Source of the DNA: Agromyces sp.
Lineage (GTDB): Bacteria; Actinomycetota; Actinomycetes; Actinomycetales; Microbacteriaceae
DNA: 33,921 bases
Direction of reading: 5' to 3'
Assembly (NCBI GenBank): GCA_031178025.1
Contig: JAPSJU010000001.1
Span: 1 to 33,921 of the forward strand
In this document: positions 17,622 to 25,878 of the stretch, one piece after another
Position numbering within the stretch: the first letter of the stretch is position 1
How the letters are laid out: each line of letters begins with the position of its first letter
The notes under the pieces: model-generated
What the model saw: the letters and a program-made list of their open reading frames with translations, nothing else
What the model was told of the DNA's origin: nothing
Databases searched by the model: none
Position numbers and translations under genes: made by a program

Positions 17622-19259
17622 ATGAAGCCCCTCGACCCGCGCCTCGTCGGGCGTTCCCGCGCCGCCCGGTGGTTCCTCCTCGCCGGCGGTGTGCTCGCCG
17701 TCGCGCAGGCCGCCTCGGCGGTCGCGTTCGCCTGGGCGCTCGCCGCGCTCGTATCCGGGTTCATCGGCGGCATGGCGATGCCAGAGGCGACCCCACTGCT
17801 TGCAGTGCTCCTGTCGGCGGCGTCCATGCGGGCCCTCGCCGCGTGGTGCTGGGATGTCGTCGGATCGGCCGGCGCGATGCGCGTGAAGGCGGAACTCCGC
17901 GACGAACTGCTTCGCGCCCTCGCCACGCGTCCGAGCGGCGTGCCGGGCTTCCCGACCGCGCGGATCGCCACGCTGCTCGGTCCGGGGCTCGACGCCCTCG
18001 ACGAGTACTTCGGCCGTTATCTGCCCCAGCTCGTGCTCACCGTCGTGGCGACACCCATCTGCATCGTCGCCGCGTGGGTCGCCGATCCGCTCTCGGGCGT
18101 GGTGCTCGTCGTGGTGCTGCCGCTGATCCCCGTGTTCATGGCGCTCATCGGGATGGCGACGGCGGCGGTCCAGCGACGCCAGTGGGAGAGCCTCGCGTCG
18201 CTCTCCCGCGGGTTCCTCGAAGTGGTCGGCGGACTCTCGACGCTGCTCCTCTTCGGTCGGGCGGAGCGGCAGGTGGCCCGCATCCGCGAGGTCACCGACG
18301 AGTACCGCGCACGCACCATGCGCGTGCTGCGCATCACGTTCCTCTCCGGCTTCACCCTCGAGTTCGCGGCGAGCCTGTCGGTGGCGCTCGTGGCGGTCTC
18401 CATCGGCCTCCGACTCGTCGCCGGCGACCTGGCCCTCATGACGGGCCTGTTCGTCCTGGTGCTCGCGCCCGACGTGTTCCTGCCGATCCGCAACGTCGGC
18501 GCGGCGTTCCACGCTTCGGCTGCGGGCGTCACGGCCTCAGGCGACGCGCTCGACCTCCTGGCGATCGCCGAGGGGGGCACCCCCCACGCCCCGGCGGCCG
18601 GACGCGGTGACGCACGCGCTGCGCATGGAACGGACGAAGGGCTGCGCGTGCGTGGGATGCGGGTCCGACGCGGCGAACGGGTCGTGCTCGACGGCCTCGG
18701 GCTGGAGGCCGAGCCTGGCGAGATCATCGCCATCACGGGGGAGAGCGGCTCTGGCAAGTCGACGCTCCTCGCCGCGCTGCTCGGGTTCGCGGAGTTCGAC
18801 GGGAGTGTCAGCATCGGGGGCAGGGTGCTGACGCGGGGCGACCGAGGCTCGTTCGCCTGGGCCGGACAGGCGCCCGTGCTCCTCGCCGGGACGGTGGCCG
18901 GGAACGTCCGTCTCGGCGACGAGGGCGCCGCGCCCGCCGTGCTCGAGGAGGCGCTCCGTGTGGCGGGGGTCGAGCTGGATCCCGCGCATCCCGTCGGTTC
19001 GGACGGGAGCGGGTTGTCGGGCGGCCAGGCGCAGCGGGTGGCCACGGCGCGGGCCGTCCACCGGCTGCTGGCCCGGGACAGCCGGGTCCTCCTCCTCGAC
19101 GAGCCGACGTCGGCCCAGGACCCGCAGCGCGAGGAGGAGTTCGCAGTCCGCCTGCGCGAGCTGGCCGCCGAGGGCCGGATCGTGCTCGTGACGACGCATC
19201 GGCGGACGCTCGCGGCCATCGCCGACCGCGTCCTCGAGCTGACGGGTAGCCATGCCTGA
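17622..19259 (+). CDS. cydD: Thiol reductant/heme ABC exporter CydD
   Basis: MKPLDPRL, GLDALDEYFGRYLPQL, LPLIPVFMALIG, TMRVLRITFLS, VGAAFHAS, Walker A GESGSGKST, LSGGQAQR, LLLDEPT. Confidence 0.93.
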   Translation: MKPLDPRLVGRSRAARWFLLAGGVLAVAQAASAVAFAWALAALVSGFIGGMAMPEATPLLAVLLSAASMRALAAWCWDVVGSAGAMRVKAELRDELLRALATRPSGVPGFPTARIATLLGPGLDALDEYFGRYLPQLVLTVVATPICIVAAWVADPLSGVVLVVVLPLIPVFMALIGMATAAVQRRQWESLASLSRGFLEVVGGLSTLLLFGRAERQVARIREVTDEYRARTMRVLRITFLSGFTLEFAASLSVALVAVSIGLRLVAGDLALMTGLFVLVLAPDVFLPIRNVGAAFHASAAGVTASGDALDLLAIAEGGTPHAPAAGRGDARAAHGTDEGLRVRGMRVRRGERVVLDGLGLEAEPGEIIAITGESGSGKSTLLAALLGFAEFDGSVSIGGRVLTRGDRGSFAWAGQAPVLLAGTVAGNVRLGDEGAAPAVLEEALRVAGVELDPAHPVGSDGSGLSGGQAQRVATARAVHRLLARDSRVLLLDEPTSAQDPQREEEFAVRLRELAAEGRIVLVTTHRRTLAAIADRVLELTGSHA

Positions 19260-20988
19260 ATCGTTCCGCTCGGTACTGGTCGGTGCCATCCCGCCCCTTC
19301 GCCGACTCGCCGTTCCCCTGCTGCTCGGCATCGCCTCCGCGGGGTCGAGCGTCGCGCTGCTCGCGTGTTCGGCCTGGCTCATCGCCCGCGCCGCCGAGCA
19401 GCCGCCCGTGCTCTACCTCTCGCTCGGCATCGTCGGAGTGCGCGCCTTCGCCCTCGGACGTGCGGTGTTCCGCTACCTCGAACGGCTGACCGGGCACGAC
19501 GTCTCCTTCCGGCAACTGGCGGAGGTGCGCGCCGGCATCTTCGAGCGGATGCTGCCCGTCGCCCCCGACGCGCTGGCCACGAGCCGGCGCGGCGAACTGC
19601 TGGCGCGATTCGTGGGCGACGTCGACGAACTGCAGAACGTCGTGCTCCGTGTCGTGCAGCCCCTCGTGAGTGCACTCGTCGTGCTCGTCGCCGCAGTCGC
19701 GGGCATCGCGCTGCTCGCCCCGGGCTCCGCGGTCGCGGTGCTCGCCTGCCTCATCGCCGGCGTCGGCCTCACTCTCATCGTGCAGCGGGCCGCCGCCATG
19801 CGGGCCGAGCGCACCCTCGCCCCCCTGCGTGGGGAGTTGCAGGCCGCGGTCCTCGAACACGCGCGTGCGCTCGAGGTGCTCGTCGCGTTCGATGCGGCGG
19901 GCGCGGGGCGTGCGCACATCGACCGGCTCGGCGCGCGACTGGCGCGCGCGACGCGCGCCCGAGCCGCTGCGAGTGGTGCGGCGTCGGCCGTGATGAGCGC
20001 GGTGGGTGGCGGCACGGTCGCCGCGAGCCTCCTCGCCGCCGCGCCGCTGCTCGAGTCCGGCCGCATCGATGGGCCCGCGTTCGCGGTGCTCTGCCTCGTG
20101 CCCCTTGCCATCGCCGAGGTGGCCGCCGCGGTGCCGCTCGCCGCGAGCTCGTTCGGTCTCGTCCGATCGAGTGCCGACCGCGTGGCGAATGCGGTGCCGG
20201 GCCACGTGCCCGAGGTGCCGGCGCGCCCGGCGCATCCGGCCGCTCCTCCGGCGGGTGACGCCCCGCCCGCCCTGGCACTCCGGGGAATCCGAGCACACTG
20301 GCCGGCCGGCCCCGCCGAGACCGGTGCACGCCCCGCGGCGCTCGTCGACGTCGACCTCGACGTCGCGCCGGGCGAACGGGTGCTGGTGCGCGGGCCATCG
20401 GGGGCGGGCAAGACGACGCTCGCGCATGTCCTCGTGGCGTTCCTGGCCTACGAGGGCTCGTACCGGCTCGACGGTGTCGAGGCATCGAGCCTCGTCCCGG
20501 AGGCGGTCAGGCGCATCGTCGGGCTCGTCGAGCAGCGTCCGTGGCTCTTCGACGAGGACGTCAGGCAGAACCTGCTGTTCGCTCGCGACACCGCGAGCGA
20601 CGGGGAGCTGCTCGAGGTGCTCGAGCGCGTGGGCCTGCGGCGCTGGGTCGAGGAGCGAGGGGGGCTCGGCGCGAAGGTGGGCGAGCAGGGCGCGCTCGTC
20701 TCGGGCGGCCAGGCGCAGCGGATCGCCCTCGCCCGGGCGCTGCTCGCCGATTTCCCCGTGCTCGTGCTGGACGAGCCGACCGCGAGCGTCGACCCCGAAC
20801 GCGCCGACTCGCTGCTGCGCGACCTCCTCGATGCCGCCGGAGCGCAGCGTTCCGTCATCATCGTCTCCCACGGCGAGGTGCCGTTCGATTCGATCGATCG
20901 CGTGCTCGAGGTCCGGGCGGGCGTCGGGGTCGCGGGGGCGGTGGCCTCGCAGGCGATCCCCGGACGGCCCCTGCGCCCCGCGTCCTAG
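19252..20988 (+). CDS. cydC: Thiol reductant/heme ABC exporter CydC
   Basis: SAWLIARAAEQPP, GVRAFALGRAVFRYLERLTGHD, Walker A GPSGAGKTT, SGGQAQRIALARALL, VLDEPT. Confidence 0.93.
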   Translation: MPESFRSVLVGAIPPLRRLAVPLLLGIASAGSSVALLACSAWLIARAAEQPPVLYLSLGIVGVRAFALGRAVFRYLERLTGHDVSFRQLAEVRAGIFERMLPVAPDALATSRRGELLARFVGDVDELQNVVLRVVQPLVSALVVLVAAVAGIALLAPGSAVAVLACLIAGVGLTLIVQRAAAMRAERTLAPLRGELQAAVLEHARALEVLVAFDAAGAGRAHIDRLGARLARATRARAAASGAASAVMSAVGGGTVAASLLAAAPLLESGRIDGPAFAVLCLVPLAIAEVAAAVPLAASSFGLVRSSADRVANAVPGHVPEVPARPAHPAAPPAGDAPPALALRGIRAHWPAGPAETGARPAALVDVDLDVAPGERVLVRGPSGAGKTTLAHVLVAFLAYEGSYRLDGVEASSLVPEAVRRIVGLVEQRPWLFDEDVRQNLLFARDTASDGELLEVLERVGLRRWVEERGGLGAKVGEQGALVSGGQAQRIALARALLADFPVLVLDEPTASVDPERADSLLRDLLDAAGAQRSVIIVSHGEVPFDSIDRVLEVRAGVGVAGAVASQAIPGRPLRPAS

Positions 20989-20991
20989 GCT
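20986..20991 (+). promoter_or_regulatory. Putative -10 (TAGGCT) overlapping the cydC stop, 6 nt before pabB ATG
   Basis: Sequence reads TAGGCT-GAGAGG-ATG. Confidence 0.55.
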
Positions 20992-20997
20992 GAGAGG

Positions 20998-22425
20998 ATG
21001 CCCCGCCGCATCCGCTCTCGTCAGCTCGCTGCGTGGCGCGACCCGGCGCTCGTGTTCCGCGAGTGCTTCGCGGCGGCGTCGCACGTGGTCTGGCTCGACG
21101 GCGGAGCGGACGCGACGAGCGGGACGAGCGTCATGGCCGCCGCGCATGCCGGAAGCGAGTTCGTGACCGCCGACGTGGTGCGGGGCACGGTCGCCCGATC
21201 CACTCCGTCCGGCCCCGACACCGGCGAGCGCTCCGTCGCGGCATCCGTCTTCGAGGTGCTCGCCGAGCGACTGGGGGAGCGAGTCGTCGACGCATCCCGT
21301 CAGGGGAGCGGCACGCCGCTCGGCTGGGTCGGCTGGTTCGGCTACGAGCTCGGCGCCGCCCTCAACGACGTACCGGCCGCCGTCACCGAAACCCCGGATG
21401 CGGCGTTCCTCTTCGTCGACCGGGCGATCGTGTTCGACCACGGCGCGCGAGCAATGCGCCTCGTCTGGCTCGAGGAGGACACCGCGACGGGGTCCGGCGA
21501 GACCTGGGCCGATGAACTGGAGTCGCGCCTCGCCGGGATCGCGGAGCACGTCGTCGCCGCTCCCGTCCCTGCACCGCGATCCGCTCCGGTGGTGCGCTGG
21601 CGCCACGGTGCGGAGCGCTACGCCGAGCTCATCGGGCAGTGCCAGGCGGCGATCGTGCGCGGGGACGCGTACCAGCTCTGCCTCACGAATCGCGCCGACG
21701 TCGAGGTTCGGCCGGATCCGGCCGACACGTACCTGAGCCTCCGCGCCACCAGCCCGAGCCACCACGGAGGATACCTCCGCTTCGGCGACACGGCACTGCT
21801 CAGCGCCTCACCGGAGCAGTTCCTCCACGTGGACTCCGACGGCATCGTGTCGACGAAGCCGATGAAGGGCACGCGCCCACGCGGTGCCGACCCCGTGGCG
21901 GACGCCGCACTGCGCCGTGAGCTGGTCGAGAGCGAGAAGGAGCGGGCCGAGAACCTCATGATCGTCGACCTGATGCGCAACGATCTCGGACGGGTCGCCG
22001 AGCTCGGGAGCGTCACCGTGCCCAGCCTCCTCGACGTCGAGGAGTACGCGCACGTGCACCAGCTCGTGTCGACGGTGCGCGCCCGACTGCGGCATCCGCT
22101 GACGGCGCTCGATGCCGTTCGGGCCGCGTTCCCTGCCGGCTCCATGACGGGTGCTCCGAAGCGCAGCGCGATGCGCATCCTGCACGAACTCGAGGACGGA
22201 CCCCGTGGGGTCTACTCCGGCGCGTTCGGCTACCTGGCAGTCGACGGCAGCGCCGATCTCGCGATGGTCATCAGGTCGATCGTGCTCACGGGCTCCGGCG
22301 CGAGCATCGGCACCGGCGGCGGCATCACGGCCCTGTCCGACGCGGTCGAGGAGATCGAGGAGACGCGCGTCAAGGCGCGGGCCCTGCTGGCGGTGCTCGG
22401 CGCGGCATCCGACCCGTCGGAGTGA
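20998..22425 (+). CDS. pabB: Aminodeoxychorismate synthase component I / anthranilate synthase component I family protein
   Basis: GWVGWFGYE, GDAYQLCLTN, SASPEQFL, TKPMKGTRPR, KERAENLMIVDLMRNDLGRV, FPAGSMTGAPKRSAM, RGVYSGAFG. The PMKGT motif favours PabB over TrpE (PIAGT). Confidence 0.8.
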   Translation: MPRRIRSRQLAAWRDPALVFRECFAAASHVVWLDGGADATSGTSVMAAAHAGSEFVTADVVRGTVARSTPSGPDTGERSVAASVFEVLAERLGERVVDASRQGSGTPLGWVGWFGYELGAALNDVPAAVTETPDAAFLFVDRAIVFDHGARAMRLVWLEEDTATGSGETWADELESRLAGIAEHVVAAPVPAPRSAPVVRWRHGAERYAELIGQCQAAIVRGDAYQLCLTNRADVEVRPDPADTYLSLRATSPSHHGGYLRFGDTALLSASPEQFLHVDSDGIVSTKPMKGTRPRGADPVADAALRRELVESEKERAENLMIVDLMRNDLGRVAELGSVTVPSLLDVEEYAHVHQLVSTVRARLRHPLTALDAVRAAFPAGSMTGAPKRSAMRILHELEDGPRGVYSGAFGYLAVDGSADLAMVIRSIVLTGSGASIGTGGGITALSDAVEEIEETRVKARALLAVLGAASDPSE

Positions 22426-22513
22426 GTAGGCTGGTTCTCCGAGCGCGCCGCGGTTCGGCGTGCCCGGAAACCCCTGCGGCCCCCGCCTGCAGCGAACCCC
22501 GATTGAGAGTCAC

Positions 22514-25087
22514 GTGACACACGAGCAGGACCAGGCCCTCGCCGACACCGGCGCGTACGACTTCGCCGCGATCCAGGCGAAGTGGCTCTCCGTGTGGGCG
22601 GAACTCGACCACTTCCGGGCTGGACGGCCCGGCGACACCCGGCCCCGCAAGTACATCCTCGACATGTTCCCGTACCCGTCGGGCGACCTGCACATGGGGC
22701 ACGCCGAGGCCTTCGGTTACGGCGACACCGTGGCACGCTACTGGCGCCACCAGGGCTTCGACGTGCTGCACCCGGTCGGCTGGGACTCCTTCGGCCTGCC
22801 CGCCGAGAACGCCGCGATCAAGCGGGGCGTCGATCCGCGGGCATGGACGTACGAGAACATCGAGCAGCAGAAGCGCTCGTTCCGCGAGTACGCGCCGTCG
22901 TTCGACTGGTCACGCGAGCTCCACACGAGCGATCCCGAGTACTACAAGTGGAACCAGTGGCTCTTCCTGAAGCTCTACGAGCAGGGCATCGCCTACCGCA
23001 AGGCCGGCCTGGTCAACTGGTGCCCGAACGACCAGACCGTGCTCGCGAACGAGCAGGTCATCGACGGGCACTGCGAGCGCTGCGGGTTCATCGTCACGAA
23101 GAAGGCACTCACCCAGTGGTACTTCCGGGTCACCGACTACGCGGATCGGCTCCTCGACGACCTGAACCAGCTCGAGGGGTCATGGCCGTCCAAGGTCGTC
23201 ACCATGCAGCGCAACTGGATCGGTCGATCCGCCGGCGCCGACGTCGACTTCGAAATCGAGGGCCGGGACGAGCCGGTGACGGTCTTCACGACGCGCCCCG
23301 ACACGCTCTACGGCGCGACCTTCATGGTGGTCGCCCCCGATTCCGAGCTCGCAGCGGAGCTCGCTGCGGGGGCATCCGCCGAGGTGCAGCGCCGCTTCCG
23401 GGACTATCTCGAATCCGTGCGATCCGAGAGCGACATCGACCGGCTCTCCACCGACCGGCCCAAGACGGGCGTCTTCCTCGAACGATTCGCCGTGAACCCC
23501 GTGAACGGCGAGCGGCTCCCGGTCTGGGCAGCCGACTACGTGCTCGCCGACTACGGCCACGGCGCGATCATGGCCGTGCCGGCCCACGACCAGCGCGACC
23601 TCGACTTCGCGCGAGCCTTCGAGCTGCCGATCCGCGTCGTCGTCGACACGAATGCGCCCGTCACCGGCGTCATCCCGGTGATCCCGCTCGACGAGCACGG
23701 CGAGCCGATGCTCCCCGACGAGGTGACGCTCGACGACCCGGCCTCGACGGGCATCGCGCTGGCCGGCGAAGGCCGGCTCATCAACTCAGGACCGCTCGAC
23801 GGCCTGTCGAAGTCCAACGCGATCCGCCGCGTGATCGAGCTGCTCGAGCAGCGCGGTCTCGGCCGGGCGGCGAAGAACTTCCGCCTGCGCGACTGGCTCA
23901 TCTCGCGTCAGCGGTACTGGGGCACCCCCATCCCGATCATCCACTGCACCGAGTGCGGCGAGGTGCCGGTGCCCGAGAGCGAGCTCCCGGTGCGGCTCCC
24001 GGATGCCGCCGGCCTCGACCTGAAGCCGAAGGGCACGAGCCCCCTCGGCGGCGCTGAGGAGTGGGTCAACGTGGCGTGCCCGAAGTGCGGGGGTGCCGCG
24101 CGACGCGACTCCGACACCATGGACACCTTCGTCGACAGCTCGTGGTACTACCTGCGCTACCTGAACCCGAACGACGAGGCGAAGGCGTTCGACACCGCAG
24201 AGGCCGAGAAGTGGCTGCCCGTCGACCAGTACGTCGGCGGCGTCGAGCACGCCATCCTGCACCTGCTCTACTCGCGGTTCATCACGAAGGTGCTCTTCGA
24301 CCTCGGCTACCTGAGCTTCACCGAGCCGTTCACCTCCCTGCTCAACCAGGGCATGGTGATCATGGACGGCACGAAGATGTCGAAGTCGAAGGGCAACCTC
24401 GTGGAGTTCGCGAGCGAGCTCGCCGCACACGGTGCCGATGCGCTGCGCGTCACGCTCGCCTTCGCCGGGCCGCCCGAGGACGACATCGACTGGGCGGACG
24501 TCTCGCCGGTCGGCGCCGCGAAGTTCCTCGCGCGGGCCTGGCGCATCTCGGGAGAGGTGAGCTCGAGCCCCGATGTCGAGTGGAAGACCGGCGACGTCGC
24601 ACTCCGTCGGCTGACGCACCGGCTCCTGGCCGATGCGCCATCGCTCGTCGAGGCGTTCAAGTTCAACGTGGTGATCGCCAGGCTCATGGAGCTCGTGAAC
24701 GCCACGCGCAAGACGATCGACTCCGGTGCGGGCGCCGGGGATGCCGCGGTCCGGGAGGCCGCCGAGGTCACCGCCATGATCCTCGACCTCTTCGCGCCGT
24801 ACACCGCCGAGGACATGTGGCAGCGCCTGGGCTACGAGCCGAGCGTCGCCCTCGTTCCGTGGCGGAAGGCCGACGCCTCCCTGCTCGTCGAGGAGTCCGT
24901 CACCGCGATCGTGCAGGTCGACGGCAAGGTGCGGGACCGGATCGTGGTGTCACCGAAGGTCTCGGCCGATGAGCTCGAGGCGCTCGCGCGCGGCTCGGCG
25001 GGTGTCGCACGTGCGGTCGGCGAGCGCGAGATCGTCAACGTGATCGTGCGTGCGCCGCGACTGGTCAACATCGCCACCCGCGGCTGA
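22514..25087 (+). CDS. leuS: Leucine--tRNA ligase
   Basis: [13 protein letters not shown] (HIGH motif), [20 protein letters not shown] editing motif, [32 protein letters not shown] 22514 preferred over 22460; candidate -10 TAGGCT at 22427-22432. Confidence 0.97.
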   Translation: MTHEQDQALADTGAYDFAAIQAKWLSVWAELDHFRAGRPGDTRPRKYILDMFPYPSGDLHMGHAEAFGYGDTVARYWRHQGFDVLHPVGWDSFGLPAENAAIKRGVDPRAWTYENIEQQKRSFREYAPSFDWSRELHTSDPEYYKWNQWLFLKLYEQGIAYRKAGLVNWCPNDQTVLANEQVIDGHCERCGFIVTKKALTQWYFRVTDYADRLLDDLNQLEGSWPSKVVTMQRNWIGRSAGADVDFEIEGRDEPVTVFTTRPDTLYGATFMVVAPDSELAAELAAGASAEVQRRFRDYLESVRSESDIDRLSTDRPKTGVFLERFAVNPVNGERLPVWAADYVLADYGHGAIMAVPAHDQRDLDFARAFELPIRVVVDTNAPVTGVIPVIPLDEHGEPMLPDEVTLDDPASTGIALAGEGRLINSGPLDGLSKSNAIRRVIELLEQRGLGRAAKNFRLRDWLISRQRYWGTPIPIIHCTECGEVPVPESELPVRLPDAAGLDLKPKGTSPLGGAEEWVNVACPKCGGAARRDSDTMDTFVDSSWYYLRYLNPNDEAKAFDTAEAEKWLPVDQYVGGVEHAILHLLYSRFITKVLFDLGYLSFTEPFTSLLNQGMVIMDGTKMSKSKGNLVEFASELAAHGADALRVTLAFAGPPEDDIDWADVSPVGAAKFLARAWRISGEVSSSPDVEWKTGDVALRRLTHRLLADAPSLVEAFKFNVVIARLMELVNATRKTIDSGAGAGDAAVREAAEVTAMILDLFAPYTAEDMWQRLGYEPSVALVPWRKADASLLVEESVTAIVQVDGKVRDRIVVSPKVSADELEALARGSAGVARAVGEREIVNVIVRAPRLVNIATRG

Positions 25088-25170
25088 CCACTCGTCCTCC
25101 ACACCCGCGGCGGAGCGCTGCGGGAGATGCGTCCCCTCGGCGTCGGCGCGGGTCGGTCGGCGGCGTTCAC

Positions 25171-25176
25171 TAGCGT
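25171..25176 (+). promoter_or_regulatory. Putative -10 (TAGCGT), 6 nt before comEA ATG (leaderless)
   Basis: Sequence reads TAGCGT-GCGGGC-ATG; no Shine-Dalgarno sequence. Confidence 0.55.
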
Positions 25177-25182
25177 GCGGGC

Positions 25183-25878
25183 ATGCCCGCGCTCGATGAT
25201 CCGGAACCGTTGGACGCCCTCGCCCCGGTGGCGCGGCGTGCGGCGCCCACGGTGCGCTTCGCGGTCGGAAGCGCCGTGGTGCTGTTCGTCGTGGCGGTCG
25301 TCATCGCGGCCGTCGTCTCCGTCGCCTCGAGGGGAGGAGGCGAGCACGGCCTGATCGGCGCGACCGACGGCGGCGCCGTCGTGGGTGCCGACGACGCTGA
25401 GGGTGCGGCAGTCGTCGACGGCCGCTCGCACCCGTCGGTCGGCCGGTCGCCGATGCTGGTGCACGTGCTCGGAGCGGTGACGCGACCGGGGCTCGTCGAG
25501 CTCTCCAGCGGCGCCCGCGTCGTCGACGCCATCGCGGCCGCGGGTGGTCTCACGCCGGAGGCGGATCCGGCAGGCGTCAACCTCGCTCGTGCCGTCGTGG
25601 ACGGCGAGCAACTCTTCGTCGCCGCAGTGGGGCAGGCACCACCGGTGCAGGCCGGAGCGGCGGGGGAGGCGGGCGGCTCCGTGGACGGCCTCGTGCACCT
25701 GAACACCGCTGACGTCGCCGCCCTCGACACGCTGCCGCGCATCGGTCCGGCGCTCGCCCAGCGCATCATCGACTGGCGAGAGGCGAACGGACCCTTCACG
25801 AGCGTCGAGCAACTGCTCGAAGTGGCCGGCATCGGCGATGCCATCCTCACCGGACTGGCCGATCGGGTGGCACCCTGA
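25183..25878 (+). CDS. comEA: Competence DNA receptor ComEA (TM + SLBB + HhH)
   Basis: One TM segment; VHVLGAVTRPGLVELSSGARVVDAIAAAGG; VNLARAVVDGEQL; LNTADVAALDTLPRIGPALAQRIIDWREANGPF. Confidence 0.92.
   Translation: MPALDDPEPLDALAPVARRAAPTVRFAVGSAVVLFVVAVVIAAVVSVASRGGGEHGLIGATDGGAVVGADDAEGAAVVDGRSHPSVGRSPMLVHVLGAVTRPGLVELSSGARVVDAIAAAGGLTPEADPAGVNLARAVVDGEQLFVAAVGQAPPVQAGAAGEAGGSVDGLVHLNTADVAALDTLPRIGPALAQRIIDWREANGPFTSVEQLLEVAGIGDAILTGLADRVAP

Noticed and set aside
17617-17624. Small CydX/CydS subunit after cydB
   Set aside because: Only 2 nt separate cydB and cydD, leaving no room for an ORF.
22433-22513. T-box riboswitch upstream of leuS
   Set aside because: The leader is too short and has no T-box consensus (GGTGGNACCGCG) or specifier stem.
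25095-25103. DnaA-box-like TCCTCCACA between leuS and comEA
   Set aside because: It is a single copy with two mismatches to TT(G/A)TCCACA and has no origin context.
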